Of a stretch of DNA of 64,000 nt, positions 59,943 to 64,000 are shown in pieces. The stretch comes from Fimbriimonadales bacterium (GTDB taxonomy: Bacteria > Armatimonadota > Fimbriimonadia > Fimbriimonadales > ATM1). Position 1 is the stretch's first letter. Every line of letters starts with the position of its first letter. Where the stretch lies: contig JBGTLG010000015.1 in the NCBI GenBank assembly GCA_041744215.1, positions 32,001-96,000 of the forward strand, read 5' to 3'. The notes under the pieces are model-generated. The model was given only the letters and a program-made list of their open reading frames with translations, ran no database searches and was not told where the DNA came from. The translations under genes and the position numbers were made by a program.

Positions 59943-60188
59943 GCTACAAAGTATGGCCGGTATTGAGCAGTTGTTTGTGCGAGTAGACCCTTCACTCGCT
60001 TTGAGAGGAATCCGTGTGGTCACCCCGGAGGGCAGCCGGGTGGTCCTCTCCTGATTCCGTGTGAGTGCCCCTGAAATCCGATTGACGCCTCGCAATCCGC
60101 ACGGTGCCCCGCCGCCGCCCGCAAACGACAAGACTAAACTCCACACCCCAAGGTTGACATCCTCCCCCCTCATGCCCTATCCAGCGGT

Positions 60189-61370
60189 ATGCCGAGAGAC
60201 GAACAACTCGAAAAACTCAATGACGCCCTCCTTGACCCCGATGCAAGACGCAGAGCCGTTGAGGACCGCCGCTTCTATCTCGACTCCCTCTTCACCTCTT
60301 TCGAAGAATTCCCGCCTTCCCCGCCGCCGTTCCTAATCGATGGTCTCCTGCCACTCGGCTACCTCACTATCCTCGCGGGCGACCCCAAATCCGGCAAAAC
60401 CGCCCTCGCGTCCGCAATCGCTCTCGCGGTCGCACAAGGACTCCCTTTCGCAGGAATGAAAACAGCCGAGTCGCCGGTCCTCTGGCTCTCGCTCGAAGAG
60501 AGCCGCCGCGAAAGAGCAGCGGTCCTCTTCCCTGTCGTTCTCCAACACGCCCCCGAAGACCCACGAAGGATCGGGTCCCTCGACTCCGGCCCCAAAATTC
60601 CGATCTACACCTGCCACGGCGGCATCGCCATAGACACAGAAGAAGGAATCGAAGTCCTTGACCACTGGATCGACAAAACGCGCGCGAAGCTGATCGTCGT
60701 TGACCCGCTTCACGCTGCCCACTCGGGCAGAAGCCTCCAAGACGGATGGTCCGCGAGAAAATCGCTGAGGATGCTGAAACGGCTCTGCAGTGAATGCGGC
60801 CTGACGGCCATCGTACTCCACCACCTCACCGTGCGAGGAAAGCGCCGCGTCGCAGAAAGCGCGCAGATCACCGCGATTGCCAGCATGGTCATGATGCTAT
60901 CGCACCAACAAATCACCAGCGAAGCCGAGCCGAACTCACTGGAAGACGGTGAACCAGCGCAACGACCCTCTCGCATCATCACGCTGAGGTGCTCGGGTCG
61001 CGGCGAAGCAACCAACCGAACGCTTCACTTAGCAAGTGACAGCCCGCTTGACTATCGGCTGACAGATCCGCCAATCGAGCCTAAGGTCGAGCCAAGAAAA
61101 CTGAATCGCCCCCGCCCTATCGACGAACTTGTAGTTCGGGTCCTAAACGAAGGAGCCCACCTGGCCGCAAATGACATAGCCGGAAAGCTTGGCGTTAACG
61201 TAAACAGCGTTCGAAATGCGATACCGCGACTCGTGCACAGTGGCCAAATCCGCCTGATCGCAGTCGTTTCGGGAACGTCCATCTACGGCCCGCCGACAGA
61301 TTTCGCTCCGTTAACAATTAAAACAAGTGATGAGTCCAGTGAGTCCAGTGAGTCCAGTGAGTCCCGCTAA
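60189..61370 (+). CDS. AAA_25 (RepA/RecA-like) ATPase with C-terminal winged HTH
   Basis: FLIDGLLP, AGDPKSGKT, LSLEE, LIVVDPL, LHH; C-terminal ANDIAGKLGVNVNSVRNAIPRL. Confidence 0.85.
   Translation: MPRDEQLEKLNDALLDPDARRRAVEDRRFYLDSLFTSFEEFPPSPPPFLIDGLLPLGYLTILAGDPKSGKTALASAIALAVAQGLPFAGMKTAESPVLWLSLEESRRERAAVLFPVVLQHAPEDPRRIGSLDSGPKIPIYTCHGGIAIDTEEGIEVLDHWIDKTRAKLIVVDPLHAAHSGRSLQDGWSARKSLRMLKRLCSECGLTAIVLHHLTVRGKRRVAESAQITAIASMVMMLSHQQITSEAEPNSLEDGEPAQRPSRIITLRCSGRGEATNRTLHLASDSPLDYRLTDPPIEPKVEPRKLNRPRPIDELVVRVLNEGAHLAANDIAGKLGVNVNSVRNAIPRLVHSGQIRLIAVVSGTSIYGPPTDFAPLTIKTSDESSESSESSESR
61331..61364 (+). repeat. 9-bp tandem repeat TGAGTCCAG, 3 full copies plus a partial (encodes ESSESSESSES)
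   Basis: Seen directly at the 3' end of the AAA_25 gene. Confidence 0.9.
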
Positions 61371-62374
61371 CGCGCTGCCGCGATACGAACGACATCGCCC
61401 ATCTCGCAGCGAAGTTCGCCCTCGGGAATCGCGATGGCCAGTCCTTCTTGCACAGTCTCGATTCGGCAGAACCCAAGGCTGCGGTCCCGCGCTCGGCCAA
61501 TGACTTGTCCCGACTGCGGGTCTTTCAGCGCGCGGCCCGGGCGTAGCACTTCGAGCCGGTCGCCTTCGGCAAGCCCCGTCTCTGAGCCAGCCGTGATGTA
61601 GATCGCAGAAAGCGACCCGTCCTCTTCTTCATCGACGTCGGCGACCCTCGCTTCCCAAACGAGCTTCTCAAGCTTCTCGACGATCTGCGCGACGGCGCGC
61701 TCGATCGCTTGACGCGTCGCATGACCCAAAGGCGTGCTTTGGAACTGCTCGGCGCTCAGTTTGACGCTCTCTTTATCGAGTGAAATGTTGCGCGCCGAGG
61801 CCTTCGCTTTGCCTTCACCTCGGACCGAGTCGAGAATCACTCCGTTCGTCGGATCAAAGATTCTTAGGTCGATGGCCACCATTGCTTCAAGCTGCGACCC
61901 GGAACCGCTGAGCCCGCCAAGGATTGATATCGAACCGCCAGTGGACGACGTGCGATAGGAATACTCGGTGATGGCGCCCCGGATCAGCGCCTGCGCTTGG
62001 ATCAAAGGAGGCGCCTCGCCCTCTTGCCCGGTCCCGCCGAAAACTCCGCCGCGAGTTTCGTCGAGAATATCCTGAATCGCCTTCCGCTCCAATAGCACGA
62101 ATCGACCAGTCTTCGCCAACGCGGTCGTCAGCATCTCGGTCATCCCCGATCCGAAGTCCGACGGCGGAGGAACGTCCCCCGCCCCGCCCGCGCCAGCCGC
62201 GCCAGAGGCGTCGACCTTGAGCTCGATGTCCATGACCGCCAGCCGCTTGCGCGGCGTTTTTACACGGGCCTGCCCCGCCGCGGCCGTCTGCCAGGTCCAC
62301 GCCTCGGCCGTCGGCTCGGCGCCGATTCCCGGCCCAATTCCGGTCACCGCTATTAGCGAAATCAGTAGGTTCAT
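61367..62374 (-). CDS. CsgG/HfaB family exported protein with FlgT-C-like domain
   Basis: RLAVMD, EMLTTALAKTGRF.LLER, I.G.ITE, IDLR..D...G; C-terminal IYI.AG...GL..GD.L.V...G....DP.SG. Confidence 0.85.
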   Translation of the reverse strand: MNLLISLIAVTGIGPGIGAEPTAEAWTWQTAAAGQARVKTPRKRLAVMDIELKVDASGAAGAGGAGDVPPPSDFGSGMTEMLTTALAKTGRFVLLERKAIQDILDETRGGVFGGTGQEGEAPPLIQAQALIRGAITEYSYRTSSTGGSISILGGLSGSGSQLEAMVAIDLRIFDPTNGVILDSVRGEGKAKASARNISLDKESVKLSAEQFQSTPLGHATRQAIERAVAQIVEKLEKLVWEARVADVDEEEDGSLSAIYITAGSETGLAEGDRLEVLRPGRALKDPQSGQVIGRARDRSLGFCRIETVQEGLAIAIPEGELRCEMGDVVRIAAAR

Positions 62375-62560
62375 TATTGTTCCTCTCTGTTACGACCTCT
62401 ATTAAACACCAATCGGCGCGCTCAGCGGACTCTGCAGCCCAAAAATTCCCCAACATATCCCAGGCCTCCGTCAGTTCACTGTGTGGAAAGCCACCTCTTG
62501 GCCCACCGCCATGCCAAGACCTCCCTCGAAGTTTTCGACCTGCAAAATCTTCCCATCCCC

Positions 62561-62587
62561 TAAAGGTTTCGTCAAACATGCCGAGAC
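62561..62587 (+). promoter_or_regulatory. sigma28 (FliA/WhiG)-type promoter
   Basis: TAAAGGTT-N11-GCCGAGAC versus consensus TAAAGTTT-N11-GCCGATAA; GGAGG RBS downstream. Confidence 0.65.
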
Positions 62588-62620
62588 TCTTACCAGGACA
62601 ATTTGCCCGGAGGGTAACCG

Positions 62621-63439
62621 ATGTACGAATCCTATTGGGGACTGCAGGAACCACCATTCAGCCTTACACCTGACCCGAGGTTTCTCTACCTCAGCCGTTC
62701 ACACGAAGACGCGCTGATGATGCTGCACTATGCCGTGACCAGAAACAAGGGCGCGGCGATGCTTTGCGGCGACATCGGCCTCGGAAAGACGACGATCAGT
62801 CGCAAGCTTCTTGAGCTTTTGGATCCGATCAAGTACCAAGTCGTCCTGATCGTCAACCCAATCCTAACGCCTGTTCAGATTCTCCAAGAGGTTCTGAGCC
62901 AACTCGGCCACGATTCACAATCCCGCAACCGCCAAGTTCTGGTTCAAGAACTCCACAAGGTCTTGCTCGAAAACTACGAGCGCGGACGCACGGCGGTCGT
63001 GCTTGTCGACGAAGCGCACCTAATCCGATCGTCTGCGACGCTCGAAGAGATTCGATTGATGCTCAACTGTCAGATGAACGACCAGTTTCTAATCAATCTT
63101 CTTTTGCTCGGACAGCTCGAGCTAAAGCCGAAGATCGAGAAGGTCCCAGCCCTGCAGCAGCGCATCGCGATCCGCTACTCCATCGGGCCACTCGATGTTA
63201 CGGAAACCGGCGCGATGATCGAACACCGATTGCGGACTGCTGGCTACACAGGCGAGCAAAGCCCGTTCACGCCCGACGCAGTTTTTGAGATTCACAAGTT
63301 TTCAAACGGAACGCCGCGTTTGGTCAGCCAGGCAGCGGACAACGCCTTGCTCGTTGGTGCGATGCAAAAGCTGAAGCGAATTGACGGCTTCACAGTGCAC
63401 GCTATCCTCAACGATTCTCCCGTCGAGGAGGCAGCGTAA
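62621..63439 (+). CDS. ExeA/GspA-like AAA ATPase
   Basis: MY...WGL...PF..TPDP.FLY.S..H, GDIGLGKTT, VDEAH, GQ.EL, G.PR. Confidence 0.9.
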   Translation: MYESYWGLQEPPFSLTPDPRFLYLSRSHEDALMMLHYAVTRNKGAAMLCGDIGLGKTTISRKLLELLDPIKYQVVLIVNPILTPVQILQEVLSQLGHDSQSRNRQVLVQELHKVLLENYERGRTAVVLVDEAHLIRSSATLEEIRLMLNCQMNDQFLINLLLLGQLELKPKIEKVPALQQRIAIRYSIGPLDVTETGAMIEHRLRTAGYTGEQSPFTPDAVFEIHKFSNGTPRLVSQAADNALLVGAMQKLKRIDGFTVHAILNDSPVEEAA

Positions 63440-63927
63440 TGAACCTCGTCGACGCGATCCGCAAAGCGAGTACGCAATCAAATCCGCAGCCAGAACAGGC
63501 GGACGCGACGCCGGCTCCGGCTGCGCAGGCACAAGAATCGACACCTACGCCATCCATAACCCCGCCGGTGCATCAACCTGTTGCCGGAGCATCCGACGTT
63601 CATGAGCCATACGATGTCAACCCAGCCGTAATCGGCGGTGGCGGGTCGGTTGTCCGACTCGAGTTGTTCCTATCGCCAGAGCAAATGCACCAAATGTTGA
63701 GAGGCATCCTCGCCGGTGCGCACTCTGTCATGACGCTTCGCGAAACAGCGCGACACTTGCGAACAAGCATCGGTTCTGTTGTCGCACTCGCCGAGTCCGG
63801 AGACATACCTGCGTTCATGGTGGACGGGGACTGGAAATTCCCGCGACAAGGCGTCGAGGAGTGGATGTCGATTCAGTCAATCAAGGCACAAGGCAGCTAC
63901 CAGGAGGACCAGAAAGATGTCGCTTAG
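63439..63927 (+). CDS. excisionase-like HTH (HTH_17) DNA-binding protein
   Basis: VMTLRETARHL......V..L...G.IPA..V.G.W.F....V..W. Confidence 0.8.
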   Translation: MNLVDAIRKASTQSNPQPEQADATPAPAAQAQESTPTPSITPPVHQPVAGASDVHEPYDVNPAVIGGGGSVVRLELFLSPEQMHQMLRGILAGAHSVMTLRETARHLRTSIGSVVALAESGDIPAFMVDGDWKFPRQGVEEWMSIQSIKAQGSYQEDQKDVA

Positions 63928-64000
63928 TTTCTTTTCGAAAGACAAGTTTGTCGGTATCGACATTGGACACAGCACCATCGATGTCGCTCAAGTCGAAGGC
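63917..64000 (+). CDS. pilM: PilM-like type IV pilus assembly protein (5' fragment)
   Basis: Manual translation MSLSFFSKDKFVGIDIGHSTIDVAQVEG; GIDIG actin-like motif; AGGAGG RBS. Confidence 0.65.
   Translation, partial: MSLSFFSKDKFVGIDIGHSTIDVAQVEG

Noticed and set aside
59943-60173. N-terminal extension of the 742-aa ORF
   Set aside because: The signal peptide and -10-like box favour the start at 59942
61331-61364. Tandem repeat as a CRISPR array or iteron set
   Set aside because: 9-bp units with no spacers, in frame within a CDS tail; no cas genes
63439-63927. Excisionase-like HTH as evidence of a prophage
   Set aside because: It is embedded between exeA-like and pilM-like genes with no phage genes nearby

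Overview
Chromosomal, gene-dense bacterial window of mostly core and accessory metabolic and envelope genes. The DUF1559-type pilin-like N-termini ([18 protein letters not shown](I/L)LFPVFA) and overall gene content suggest Armatimonadota (Fimbriimonadia-like); this is an inference. Contents: a motility cluster (YjfB-like, HDOD, degenerate CheD), an ECF sigma / anti-sigma-DUF4349 pair, folC, a dapL-like aminotransferase, larA, tRNA-Trp, an iodotyrosine deiodinase homolog, rpsT, a his operon (hisG-B-H-F-A/I/E fusion-D) with an unannotated His4 leader peptide and attenuator, a 1472-aa M28-like/FtsX fusion, a GT4 + nucleotide-sugar dehydrogenase pair, pdhAB, lnt, a Clp1-like kinase, tRNA-Pro, a cobalamin riboswitch ahead of a DUF1559 pilin-like gene, pckA, kpsF, lemA-DUF2207, an amidase, an AAA_25-wHTH gene, a CsgG-like gene and the start of an exeA-HTH-pilM operon with a sigma28-like promoter. 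No CRISPR array, transposase or integrase is seen. Most notable: the B12-riboswitch-controlled pilin-like protein, the leaderless His attenuator, recurrent leaderless gene starts, several enzyme homologs lacking catalytic residues, and a strongly strand-skewed block at about 53-57 kb. All family calls come from motif recognition by eye, not database searches.
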